Source: Schmidtea polychroa (lineage: Eukaryota). From it: DNA of 64,000 nucleotides. Location: the NCBI GenBank assembly GCA_044892525.1, contig CM097885.1, forward strand, positions 227,478,001 through 227,542,000. The letters run 5' to 3'. This document shows positions 1 to 13,627 of the stretch, piece by piece. The notes beneath the pieces were generated by a model that had not been told where the DNA came from, did no database searches, and worked only from the letters and a program-made list of their open reading frames with translations. The translations under genes and the position numbers were made by a program. Numbering within the stretch: position 1 is the stretch's first letter; each line of letters begins with the position of its first letter.

Positions 1-235
1 CGTTCTTAAAATATGTGGCATTGTTCTAAAAATATTAGGCATCGTTCTAAAAATATTAGGCATCGTTCTAAAAGTATGACGTAATCGTTCTAAAAATATC
101 AGACATCGTTCTAAAAATATTAGGCATCGATTACGTAATAGTTCTAAAAATATTAGGCATCGTTCTAAAAATATGACGTAATCAATCTAAAAATATTAGG
201 CATCGTTCTAAAAATATGATGAGTCATTGTCTTTG
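1..235. repeat. Minisatellite, ~21-bp unit (catcgttctaaaaatattagg); a further short array at ~622-695
   Basis: Directly visible degenerate tandem units. Confidence 0.85.
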
Positions 236-269
236 TTTTAAAAATGTGATGAGTCATCGTATGATAAAA

Positions 270-600
270 ATCTATATCTCATTAGAAAGTTCTTGCACAG
301 AGCTTTAAAATAAGCTATCGATCAATATAATATGTTGGCAGGAACATTAATCTTTGGGATGAAAAAAAAGTGTGAGCCCGCTGGGCCATTAATAATATTT
401 TGACAAATAATAATAATTTAACTTTGAAAAGATGGTGGTCATTAAATGTTAATAACATTAAAACTATTAAAGATGTATAAGATACCTAGAGCACATCTTA
501 AAGGTCTTGGACTGAGCTTTAAGATGAGGTATCGGTCAATAAAATCTGATGGTGGGAACATTAACTTTTGGGATGAAAAAAAGTGTGAGCCCGCCAGATC
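270..600 (+). repeat. Two copies (~270-385, ~495-600) of a dispersed non-coding repeat; inverted copies at ~26540-26676 and ~28645-28725
   Basis: Shared block atatctcattaRaaaggtcttgcactgRgctttaaRatRagctatcg...ggaacaYtaaYttt seen at all four loci. Confidence 0.6.
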
Positions 601-3600
601 ACTTAATTTTAAAAAAAAAATTACGTAATAGTTCTAAAAATATTAGGCATTGATTACGTAATAGTTCTAAAAATATGTGGCATCGTTCTAAAAATTTTTT
701 TTCCCGGGGGGGAGGGGGTATATGTGGCTGGGCGGGCTCCTGGCCGGGCGGGCTCCAATCATACTACTATTGAAATATGAATTTCTCTATAGTTGTTGAT
801 AAAGCCGCTGAGATTGGTCCATTCTAGTTGTGTGTGTGTGGGGGGGGGGCTTACTATATTTTAGTTTTTCAGATGATGGACGGTTGATAAAGGAGGGTCA
901 CACCGCCCTAGTAATAACAATAATAATATCAATAATATGCAATAAACTTAATAAATGTAAGAGTGTTAATGAAATAAATAATATTAATAACATGCAATAA
1001 ATTTCACGAATGTAAGAATAATAATGAGATAAATAATGTTAATAACATGGTAATAAACCTAAATATTGCCAGAATAATAACAAATAAATAATAATAAATA
1101 AAGTGTTAATCAACCTAATAGTTGCAAGAATAATAATAGGTACATAATAAAAGATTAATAAACCGTATGAGGGTGGTATTAGTAATGATCCATCTGATAA
1201 AATAGCAATACTAAGGTCGATATAAGGTTTTCGGCAATGATAAGGTGACCATTGTATCGCTTCTAAAAGGTTTATTATTATAATAAGGTCGTCCATGTAA
1301 ATTTACTATACAATTTTGATGATTTAACATAGCTGGTAAAAAATCTATTATTAGTAGGGGCACTATTGTAAATTTATTATGAATTTCTCTGATGTATGAG
1401 ATCTTGACTGTGAGATCTTGTACTGATACGGTCTCCATCGTAAACTCACGGTAAAATTTATAAAAGAAGAATGTTAAGTTGGGCATTGCAACTACGCTAA
1501 AAATGGTGATAAATAATGAATATAAAAGTCATCATGGCAGAAAACTTGTTGAGGCATTAGTTTGTCGATAATGAAGGTGATGTGATATTGTCACTATTGC
1601 AGCTTCTGAACAATAAGATGTAAAAATTTGGAATTTTTCCTAAGTTTTCAAGTTCCCTTTGAAAATTTTGAGCATGGATCCCCTGTTATTTTGATTATTA
1701 ATATTTTCGAATTTGGTTTAATATTAAAATTATAAATTAATTTATAGCTAGGTTATTTGAAAATGACCGACTACATATTTACTATATTGTGATGAATTTG
1801 AATCTGTATACATTATTCGTTTACCTCCTTCAACCGAACACGACTTGAGAGGATAACCCTTAGTGTACTATAGTATAAATATTTGAATGTGAAATTTAGG
1901 TATGTATCGTTAATGCTGAAAAGTTAATGACTGAAAATTTGTTTATTTTCCCCGTCAAACTCGACTCGGTACGATAGACCCGATTGTCATGTAGTGGTCA
2001 ACATTACAGCAAAATTTATTGTAATGCCGAAGCTATAATAGCTTCAACAATAATTGTTGAGGTTCTAAAAGTAAATTATTAAATTATATAGTTCAGATTA
2101 AAAGGAAAACCGAAATTGAATGGGGGTCAAGCAGAGTAGCAATGGCAAAGAAAGATATGATAAAAACAGAACTATGAAAGGGTACAATCAGACATGAAAT
2201 GGAAAAATTCGCAAACCTGAGGAAGTGGAATAAAGTGAAAAGTTATCGAAATTGAAGCTGGAAAACGGGAGAGAGGTAGATTAGGGAATGGTGAAGAAGA
2301 CAGTGAGCAAGAAATTGTTAGAAAATGTTTAGAAAGGGTCGTAAAACAGACAAATGTGAAAAACGTAAAATATTAATTAATTAATTAATTGTCTAATGGG
2401 AAACCCGAGCTAATGGAAAACCCGAGCCAATGGAGAACCCGAGCGATGAAGAAAACCCGAGCACGGCAATTTGGAAGGCTAAACAAACGAGGAATTCAGA
2501 GGGCAATTATCCAAGCAACCGGATAAACGAGGGTAAACAAAAGAAGGGGAATTACGAAGAAGGTCAACAGAAATAGCTAATTAGGGAATGATAACCAAAG
2601 AAGTCAAAACCAATTAGGTCGAAAATGGGGCAATTACAACGATTATGGGAGTATATAAGGAAACTCAAAATTCACATAATCGGCGGTAGCCTTAGGTAGG
2701 GAAGAAGAAATTGACAGTAGGAGTTAGAGGAAAAAGTTAAAGGAAGAAAAGGATTATAAGAAAAATTCAAGAGTTAGACAAAGAGTTTTAAAAGGGATTG
2801 AATCGGAGAGCGGAACCAAATCGAAAGGGGAACTTATTTTTAAAATCGTACAAGGTTGAGACCTTCCAGAGCGGAGTTCGATCGGAAGTTGTGTGAGAAT
2901 TGTGGTTAACCAACAGTGTAATTAATTGTTGAGAGTTGTAAATTTTTATAAAATATATACGTTGGGAGTTTGTGTTTATTGATTTTGGAACACGTGGAGT
3001 CAGAGTAATCAACGGTTGATTTTGATATCATAAAACCCAACACTTTTAATTAATTTGATTTTTGCCCACATAGCCTTATGGCTATGCTGGTCACCGCAGA
3101 GCAGATTATCTCACGAACTACGTGATGTAAAGCACGAAGTATGTGGAACCTCTGGTGATAAAGAACTTTGATTTGGTCTGCGTGCTGGGTCGGAGACCTA
3201 CATGACTGCTGGGGTTGTGGACCCGACAACAGAGAATTTGTTGAGGATATCTAAATGACAAATTATAAATAAATAAATAAAATTACTTGGGGAAAGATCG
3301 TCATGACAAATGGGACGATATATGGGAACTCCGAAAAGAAAACGGAAGCAAAAAGAAATGAGAAATGAGAAAGAGGAAGGAAACAAAAGAAATCAAACAT
3401 GAAAATAAAAACCAAGGTCAGTACTAATTAATTAGTACAAAAAGGGAAAAGGAATTTTGAAATCTGGAAAATAGAAAAACAACAATATTCTTATCTCGAC
3501 AGCTTGTCAGAGATAAGGGAAACAAAGAAAAAACGGGCCGGAGCCGCAAAAGAAAAATATTAGAAAATATTGCGACAGCTGTCAGAGATAACTCGGTCAC

Positions 3601-5787
3601 AGGGAAAACTGGAAAATGAGGTTGGAGAAAAAAATGTGGAATTGAAGAAAAACTAAAGTGCCACAAATTGACGAGGTATAAAAGGAGGTGGCACAGCAGA
3701 AGCAAAAGAGAAACTGTAGAGAGGACAATTTAGAAAATTAAGAGAACCTGGGAGAATTGTATTTGCGAACAGTTTGGAGAAACCATTGAGCGAACAATTT
3801 GGAAGAAAATTTGAATAAAACTGAAGCAGAGAAACTAAAGAGAAAACTGAACTAAAGAGAAGCAGCCAGAGTTATTTACTTGAATTCTCTTGACGGAGAC
3901 TTGATCCCCAGGCAAACCATTCAAAGTGCGCCAACACTTTTTAAGCATAGAATACACTGATGACAAAGCATTAAATAAATGTTTAATATTATGTTGTATT
4001 ATAAAAAAGTTCACTTAACAAAAAATCAAGCCAACAGCACGTGGGAATTAAAATTACCCTAAACACAATGTTCGCCGTAAACAGCTCTTCGATATTTGGT
4101 TTATTTTAACGTTTGGTGTGTCAATATTAACTTCAGACGAAAAATAATCAAAAATAATGAACAAGCCCAGAATTAGAAATGGGGATCAAATCTCGTTAGG
4201 GATCAAGTGTCCTACATCTCCCCATATATTTACATAATGTATTGTTATACAAAATCTGATTTTAAGGCAACATAGCTGTTACGTGACTGGAATGCGTCGG
4301 AAAATAGTATGCAGACACAACACTAAGTAGAGTCAAACAAGAAACACGTCAAAACATCGATTAAACAAAAAATAAAATAAAACAAAAGCAGGATGTATTA
4401 CACGAAACAAACTTAAACATAACATAGACACATAACAGGTAATTATTTGTTTCCCTTAATAAAATTAATTGTCAGCACTAACACTTGAGCATGAGCTGGA
4501 TTTCAAATTTTTGGAATTGCCAAAAGAATTGTACTTAAAGAAATTACAAAATTTTAAATATTACATATCAATATCGACATAAATTATACTATATAATACT
4601 TGGACTTTTTGAAATTTTGTCCTATCTCCTTACTAACATACCAGAATAAAATTCAAGGGTAAGGTGGCACCAGCTCCTGAGTTAGAAATCTGCCAACTGT
4701 AAAAAAAATCCCCGGGAAGCAGATACCGTCATTACTGATATCAAAAATATTGTACGTTCTCTATAGTGGTGGTTGGCGTGTACAACAATTTCTCACTCAC
4801 CAATTCATGTACTGAATTGCTCATCATTTATGTATTTTGGAAATTAATTTTAGGCATTTTACAAATGGCTTTCAAGTAATTTTTTTTATTTAAAGTAAAT
4901 TTTAAGACGTGAATTCTGATCCATATGAGATATGAGATCATTATTCAAGTTCTTAAATATTACTTTTAATCAACAGTATAACTATAAATTATTTTTAATT
5001 ACTTTCAGGGTTTTTTAGGAATTTTATGACATTTATCTTTATTTATTTTGGAATTATTTCGAAAAAATGTGAGTCCGATATATTTTTAATTATAATTAAT
5101 TAAATAAATAAATCAATCACTAAAAATGTATTTTTTTAAAACATTTTGGGAAAAATCGCTGATTAAAATAATTTTTTTAATTTTTGTAATTTTTTTCTGA
5201 GCTCAATATGAGGGGCTTCTTTCAGGAAATCAAATCTGGATTGAAAAGATATTGAACCAAATTCAGCTGCTCTTGATATTTTCATTAAAAATATAATTTT
5301 AAAAATTCTCAAAGATCTTTTTTTTCTAAAAATTGTCTAAAATAAAGTTATTATAGAAACGTATCTCATCGTTACAGTTCTACGAATCAAAAGTTTGTAT
5401 GTGTTTTTTAGTATGTGTTGCGTTTGTGCGCAGTTTTTAATTTTTCTTCCACTTTTCCGATTTCTATAGTATAAGATGAATCTTACAGAGCTATAAATGA
5501 GAACATCAACGTGAAATCAAAGTAAGTATGTATGTTTCTATAATGTAAGATTATTGATATTTTTGTTATAATATAGGAAACGGTTCTCAGTGGTGTTTGG
5601 TGTATTTGGTCTTTCATAAAATTCAGCAAAATTTAAGGTCACAAGAAAAAAGTTTTTGACGTGGTTGCCGTACGCTCCATCGCTACTAACGGTAATTATT
5701 AAAATAATAATAATAGATTTTACAAATATTTTCAGCTTTTAAACATACCATATTCAATGCAATTCAAAACTCAATATTAAATAGACA

Positions 5788-6306
5788 TTGATGAATAATT
5801 ATTTATTTAAAAATAAACGTAAGAAAGTTGTAAAGAATTCTGGACTAAAGTTGTTTCGACATAAAACTTGCAGTTGTATTACGCCACTAAAACACCAAAA
5901 AAGATTGAAGGTATTCAATGATAAAGCATTTGAGCTAGAAATGCTCTGTGAATCATTAGTTGAAATTACAAATGATGGCGAACTCATCACTGAACGGTGC
6001 TGCTCAGTCAACAGCCAATATGCCTCGTTAACAATGCAGCCAGGAAAGTTCCATTACAACTATGAAAATCCTATTCAAATAGAAGGGACAACTTCAAAAC
6101 GATCTTTACCAAATTTGAAAACCAGCCTCTCGACATTCAGTAACATGCACCACGTTTATTATCCATTCAATATTCAAACTATTTTTATGGAAGAAAAAAT
6201 AACCAAAGCAAATAATTTCCATAAACAAACCCCAACAAAAAGCGAACAGTGGTTAATCGGGAATTTTTATTTTTATCCACTAAACTCCTCAGAGAGTTTA
6301 ATATAA
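5788..6306 (+). CDS. Hypothetical 172-aa ORF, possibly a host exon; no recognisable domain
   Basis: Long ORF for AT-rich DNA, preceded by splice-like sites (5523, 5692); no motif recognised. Confidence 0.25.
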   Translation: MMNNYLFKNKRKKVVKNSGLKLFRHKTCSCITPLKHQKRLKVFNDKAFELEMLCESLVEITNDGELITERCCSVNSQYASLTMQPGKFHYNYENPIQIEGTTSKRSLPNLKTSLSTFSNMHHVYYPFNIQTIFMEEKITKANNFHKQTPTKSEQWLIGNFYFYPLNSSESLI

Positions 6307-6791
6307 TATATTTGTTTTTATGATTTAGTTTAATTGAGTGGCCCATTTTACACCTGACTAGTACACATTCTTATTGTGACCAGTCTCCTATGTGTCCTGG
6401 CCAAAAAATTAAAAAAATAAAAATATGTCAAATTTCAATATTACAAGGAATCTTTAGTGAAATAAGAATATTTTACGGAGTCTAGTCATAAAACTTAACA
6501 GGTTAAACGCGATGGCGGTCATAATGACCACCAGGAACACTGTACCCAGGGGCCATGGCGGTTATTCTGATTGGCCACGTATTCATTGTTCGGTGTGTTG
6601 GTTGCTTCGCGATAGGCTCTTTTTCGATACATTTTCCGCCGTGAGATGCCCTCTGATTCTGTAATTTGGATTTTCAAAACAATTTCTAAATTATTATTAT
6701 AAGAATTTTTCTTTTTCAAATTTCCCCACTGATTTCTTTTCCATTGACATTGTATTTATTAAAAAGCTTGACTATGAATCAGTAAATATAT

Positions 6792-9075
6792 TGCTGGGGT
6801 AGTGCTCGGTTGACTTCAACCCACGTACGCGCTGGTCTAGGAGATGGGTGTCCATTTAACTTACATTAATTAAACCCACGTCAATCCTGAGCAGAACCCT
6901 GCACAACCTACACTCCAACATAGCACCCGTGAATTGCTTCACGTTGGAAATGTGCTATGTCGGCGAGACTCCAGTAAGCAGGTGAGCCCCTGCCTTAGGA
7001 CTACTCCTTACTGTGGCCTCGACGTCCTTTCCCTGACTGCCGATAGAAGGACTTACGTCGTAATCGCATCATCAAACTTCACTTATCTTCGACCCCGAAT
7101 TAGATGCAAAATTGACAATTACTTTTCGAACTGCAAAAATCCCTACTTGACCTATAAAAGCTACTCCGAGCTACTTGCAAAAAGTACTTAAACACAGAAA
7201 CGAAGGAATTGATAACCAAGAACTGTTTTATTTTGTCATCGAAATACAATACATGGATGAGTGACATATAACATATACAATTTCATAGACAAACGGTGTA
7301 AGGAAAGAGTTAGACCATGATAGTTCAGTTTGGCCGCTACTACACCGCTCGATTGCTCTATGAGGAAGTTTTCATTTCTCCCATCCTGCGTCTGCTAATA
7401 ATTCATCCAAGTCGAAGAACTCGGAGGCGTTTTCCTACCAAGTCACACCAGCGGCAGAGATGATTCGCCCTGGGTTCCCCACCGTTAGATCGATCGCAAC
7501 AGGAAGGTGGTTGAGATTAGTCGGGTTGTCCGAAGATGGTTGACTTTGTTTGGCGACCGCTCGCTCACGTTGCCTCTTTTTACGTTCTGCTCTAGACAAT
7601 TGTCGACGCTTGGTTTTCGGAAAGCTTGGTGCATTCAATGGCACTACCGATGTAGACGCGGATGTGGGCAACACTTTACCGACTTTAGTGATGACTTCTT
7701 CGGTTGGCCTGGGAGAGAGGTCGGCCTCTACGCATCCACGACAGGATTTCTTGGGAGAAGGTGGTAAATTGAACGAAGGATCGTGGTGGACGGGGAAGAT
7801 ATTGTCGGCTTCGTTAATGGGAATACTCACAATCTTCCGAGTAGTTGCTGCTTGGACATATACTTTATGTAGAGCTTCTGACTGCTCTTTGATCAAACTG
7901 CGCTGAGATCTGCTCTCATTTATTAGGGCATCACGACAATGCTCACTACGGTACAGCTTCTTCTGTACCTCTTTCATTTGTACTGGGCTAAACCATGTAC
8001 CTTCCAAATCGTCGATTTTCTTTTTATATCGACCGATCTGGGCCTGTAAATCTCGGATTATAGTGTTTTTGTCTGCGCAGGAGAAGCAGGGTTTGATAGA
8101 AGACTTCGTGCTTGGCAACATTTCGATAACTGTAATGGAGAAAGAATAATAAAGGTAAACGAAAATTGGCTAACTCTACTAAATTCTCCGTGTGGCGTAT
8201 TTATTTATTTAGTTTATAGTTTCTATACATTACGGTCATGAGGTTCAAAGGATTGGCAAGAAGAAAGCAAAATGACGGGCCGGAGGAATCCCCTGTTAAT
8301 CGATATTAAATCCGAGGATGATTTATGTGTATATGGGCTGGTAAGTGAATTCCCCCCCCCCCTTTTAATCTAATATAATAATTTATTGCTGACTAAGAAA
8401 ACTTATAAATGTATGGTCGTAACCATGTTCGCCTTTATTTCGGTCAATAGTTAATGCATGTATAACATACAGAAACGATAAACTAATTAAATAATTTTAA
8501 GTCCGCTTGACAATATAATATTCCAATTTAATATTAAGTGTTATCGATCACAAAAATGTAGAACCTAACTGACTTTACTCGCTTTGATTAATTGCATTAG
8601 TGATAATTAGTGATAATTCTAGTAGTCTAATTTGGTTTGATTGTCTGGATGGTTGAGTACCTGTAACTGTAAGTGTTTGGTTTTAACAGTAACTACAATG
8701 AGTTTACGGTTTACTTATATATGAATTTTTCGTTTATGCGGACCAATCAGAATTTAGTACCGCTTAATTTTTTAAATTAATTTGCTTTTTCCTATTTCTT
8801 TGGATATTTTACTTATTTTTCCTATTTTTATTATATTTTTTATTTATTTCTTAAATTCCTTATTATTTGTTGTATTTTTCGTTATCTTATTCGTTATCTT
8901 ATTACCTTATTTTTAATTTTCTCATTTTTATTTTTGGTTTTAATCTTTATATCTTATTTTATTGTTTCTTTTATGTCTTGACTTATTTATTTTTAAAATT
9001 TGTTGTCTTATTTTATTTTATTCACATCCTATCTGTCTTAATTTTCGACGATTATGTTTTCGACTCAGCCCAACA
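6792..9075 (-). mobile_element. Solo LTR A (2284 bp) of a giant-gypsy-related family
   Basis: Termini TGCTGGGG (6792, one mismatch to TGTTGGGG) and CAGCCCAACA (9075); 4-bp TSD ATAT (6788-6791, 9076-9079). The 5' end TGTTGGGCTGAGTCGA equals that of solo LTR B. Contains the LTR ORF and the RNA module. Confidence 0.9.
7372..8121 (-). pseudogene. LTR-encoded protein, copy A, with a premature TAG at 7435-7437 (228 aa; ancestral 249 aa)
   Basis: Homologous to ORFs at 22668, 30637, 35219 and 61598 (PCFSCADKN, EGTWFSP, EHCRD). The frame continues after the TAG as ENASEFFDLDELLADAGWEK*, matching the copy B C-terminus. Confidence 0.85.
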
Positions 9076-12000
9076 ATATCAAAAACATCAATATATTTAT
9101 CAAAATAGTTCCAAATAGTATCTCAATGGCTATTTTTCGATACCTTTATATGTTACATCTGAGTGCTATGTTATAACTTGACAGCTGATCAGGTATATCT
9201 ATCCAAGATTTGTCATCGTTGTAATTTACTATTACTTGAGTTTTTGTGATATATATGGTCACCAATTCATCAGAATTTTGAGTAAAGAGTATCGTGCCAC
9301 TTTAGAACTCAAATTCCATGAGCATTTTCTAAGGCGATTCTTTTCTCTTTTCCATAATTTTTTGTTGGGTGACTTCTTTTGGACTACCTCTTCGATTCGA
9401 ACGAAGAGTCCACAGTAGATGTGATTTGTTGTCAAGGAGTATAGCAGTTCCAGGTATAATTTAATATAGTTCATTAATCAAGTGACTCAGAAATACATCT
9501 CTGCAGATAACCTAAAAGAGAACATTAGTGTTTATTTCAAAAATTTGATAAATTCATAAGATTTTAATTCGTTCAGATGACTATGCCCACTGGACTTCAG
9601 CGAGAACCCTTAGTGTTATGTTTTCAAGATCAGAATTGTCATTTGGATTTTTTTATTTAAATTTCCATATAAATTAATTTATTCAATTTATGTTGAATGA
9701 TTTTTCACTATTGTGTGTAATGTGTATTCAGCTGCGGGACCGAAAAATTTCGATGTATAAATTTCTTGAAAAGCAAAACAATATATATAAATTCTTAACA
9801 TATCAAAAATTCAAAATTAAGCCTTAAAATGTTTAAAAAAATGCTATAGAATTATATAATCGATAAAAATTATCCTGCATGCAATTTCAGACAAAATTGT
9901 TGGCCTACTCATCAAAGTGAAATTGGGAGAAATAGAGTAAGTATTTATACTTGATCTTGTCTGTGCGAGTTAGTGTCCCTACATTAGTTCATTTAAACAA
10001 ATTCACTTATTTTTAATCAATTTATTTCCGTAATTTTTATCATTTTGAAGGCGATTTTTTATTACTTTTTATTCAATTAATTTTTAAAATTTTTTCTATT
10101 TTTTAAAATTTCTTCTCACAGGTTTTAATCAATTTTGTTCCCCTTTTTGAAAATTTAACTAATTGTAAAAGTAATTTTTTGAAAAAATTTTTTTTCCATT
10201 TATTCTATTTTAAATTCATTTTGATGAAATTTTATTTTCTTTTATTTCTTATTGAATTTTCTTTGAATTGATTTTATCTTTGTTATTCGCCTTTTGTTAT
10301 GTTTGTATAATTTTCTTGCTGAACCTTTTGCACGTGTTATTATTTTATTAATATTTTTATGTTTATGATTTTTTTGTGCCTGTTTTGTTAAACAAATTAG
10401 AATATATGGCGGGTAAGGAAAAATAAAAACTTGAAATAAAAAGATTTCCATAAAATAACGTTAAAAACGAATAAAGAATTGAAACTATAATAAAAATGAT
10501 AAAAACGCTAAAATATTATATAAAAATGTTAACATCAACAAACTGACATCAACAACAACTAAACCCAAAAATAAAATTTAGAAAATTAATTCATTAAAAA
10601 ACAATATGAAAATAACTTCAAAGAAATAGGAATCATAAATTACAACTATTAAAAATAGCTTAGAATATTCTAGAAAATGGCCATATCTTTCTTGGCGGCG
10701 AAATTAAATAAAATTAAATAAAATATAAAAATCAGAAAATAAAATAAACCATAAATTATAAAAAATAGTCATCAAAATTGATAAAAATAAAAATTCAAAA
10801 TTAATCAGAATTAAAATAATTCAAATTCGTTTTACTGAATCCTACACATACTCGCAGACCAAAATTAGGTTATAAATAAATAAACTCATTTCAGTCAATT
10901 TAATGCTGAAATTTTAGGTAGATCAAATTTTTCAATTTGAAATTGTGAAAATTGAAATTTTGGTTGAACGTAAGGAATCCTTTATTGCATGTCATATTAT
11001 GATTTAATTTTGATTATGATTTTGATTTTTCACTTAATTGAAATGAAATCATTTTTCATTGATTAAAATCATACATCTTTTCGACCCACAACCACTACAC
11101 GAAACTGCAAGTCAGTAAAATTTAAACATGTCTTACAAGAAGTGAGGCAGTTCTACTGCGCCGATTGACGGTATCTTCTTGTGTCCAGTGCGGACGATGG
11201 CAAGTGGAGAGAGGAATGCTCTAACGCCCAGGTGTCTACCACTGGAAATCTTGCGTGTGTCCATGCTATGCTCGCGATAGGTAAGACGAGTAACAGTGGA
11301 ACGTCAACCGGCAAGGTCGGGGTTTTTAGTTCGGTCGTTATTCTAAAAGTCTTAGCACATAATACTAAATGCTTGCCACACTAGTGTCCAGTGGACCATC
11401 TGGAATGAACAATTTTCATTTAATTGCAATTGTAATCGACCCAGAGCAACCATGCGACAAAGTTAAATTACGAATATTTTATCTATAGATAGCTATGGAT
11501 ATGGGTCGCGAGCATCTAACACACTATTGACTTAAACCTCTAACAAATTACAGAGAGAAATGAGATCCTTGAAAAAGGTTTAGAATCCAAAAACCATGTG
11601 AGTCAAGCAAATAGCGCCAATTAAAGTTATTTGGGTCAGATCATCGTATTAGAAATAAGGGTAGACTCCTCCCCGAAATTTTAAGGAAGGCTATAGGGTA
11701 TTCAAAATAAAACTTTCATAATAGAAAAATATGATTAGATCCCTGCTCAAAATTTTAAAAGTGTTTGGGTTATAAAATAATTTAAAGTTAAATTAAATTA
11801 TATTTGTAATTAAAGGAGTGAGAGAAGTATACGACTGGTCAGAGAGAGAATTGACAACGCGAAGAAATAAAATGAGTAAAAAGGCTCGAGAAGGTACATC
11901 AGTAAATGTGAAAAGCAGAAAAATGTGAATTGTGGAAAATCGATAAAAGATTCATAAATTCGAAATGAAGTTTGGGAAATTGGTCACTGGGGGAACAGGT

Positions 12001-13452
12001 AGCAAAAAATAACATGGTGAGAACGGAAATTTCAGAAAGTGCTAGGAAGGGTGCGAAAAGGTGTGTAAAAAATGAAAAACAAGAAAATGAAATTAATTAA
12101 TTAATTGATTAATTAGCTACTAGAAAAAAATCACGAGTTGGGTAAACAAAGAAAAAAGTAAACAGAAGAAAAATTTGGGCCCATTATCTTGTCACAATGA
12201 ACAAGGCACGAAAAGCCACCAAAAAAAAGACACCACTATTAATTTGAGCATAGTTATGAAAAAATAGTTCTAGGAGCTACTAGAGTCTACACGGATAAGT
12301 TATTAATATGAATAAATGATATAAATTACTTAAAACAATAAAGTGATAATTTAAGCCTTTTACTGCGAATAATGTAATTAATAAAAAAATTTTCGACTAT
12401 ACGATAGTCCTTGTCAAGCTCCTGGAGATAATAAGAAGGGTAATAGATAAAACCTTAGTACATCTCAATCCAATTTGCCTCGATCAGATGTTCAAAGAGT
12501 AATATTTAGAAAATTTTTGGGGATTCTGATCCAACGTATTTCGATTGAATATTCACCTAATCTAAAATAGGAAAAGCTTAGAAAATCTAATTGCACACTC
12601 AACAAGTATGATGTGCAGGATTCGGAGAACAAGAACCCGTTAATTTGCTTAACCATTTTGTATGATATATTTGATCACTAATTTTTGATAAACCAATCGC
12701 GAGTGACTCAAACACGAGATATCTAACCACTGTAACTTCATAGACACCACCATTTCTAACACAATCGTAGAGCGACCATCATGTTTCGGTAATAGAAATG
12801 GGCTAAATGACTTTCCAAAAAAATGAGTCCGTTAATAATAAATAGAACTCAGATGAAAAAGGGTAACACAGTATGATTGGGTTAGTCGACGGATTGATGT
12901 GAAGCATAATTGGAGAGAAATAAATGGGTTACAAATGACAATGAATTAGAGTGGGAATGGTGTGTCAGATAATGGTGTAGTGGGGGGAGAAGTGACAACA
13001 AATTATAATGAATAGCGACCCAATAGAGAGCTTATTCGGTGAAGGAATTAAAAATTTAATAGTTAAATTAATTTTAGATGGAAGAAGTATATACTCAGCT
13101 CCCCGACGCGCCAATTACGCAGAAGATCGTACGAAAATAGCAATGTGGAGCTAAAGGTATCGCACCGACACGAGCTTGGAGTGAGGACGAAAAAATCACC
13201 CATGATGATCCTCAAAAGTGAACCCACACTCAATTATTAGCGTTCCGCTAGGTTCAGTGCAATCCAGACGGTAAAGATATCGGTCATGAAACTATACCAA
13301 GTGAAAATGGATATTTGCGACGACTTGTGGTATAATTCGAAGAGTGAGTGTAAAACACTTATGCGGTACATTGACCAAGAATTCAACACGCAAGATGACG
13401 AGCCACAGTAGATCACGAGTCAGGAGCCCCAGTCGGGGCGGCCGTCACTAGT

Positions 13453-13627
13453 NNNNNNNNNNNNNNNNNNNNNNNNNNNNNNNNNNNNNNNNNNNNNNNN
13501 NNNNNNNNNNNNNNNNNNNNNNNNNNNNNNNNNNNNNNNNNNNNNNNNNNNNNNNNNNNNNNNNNNNNNNNNNNNNNNNNNNNNNNNNNNNNNNNNNNNN
13601 NNNNNNNNNNNNNNNNNNNNNNNNNNN
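13453..13627. other. Assembly gap (N run); others at 26302-26437 and 26677-26804
   Basis: N characters. Confidence 1.

Noticed and set aside
2121-3910. Possible solo LTR with TGGGGGTCAAG...CTTGATCCCCA ends and internal aaacccgagc repeats
   Set aside because: No target-site duplication and no ORF or module; probably a repeat remnant, but boundaries are unsupported.
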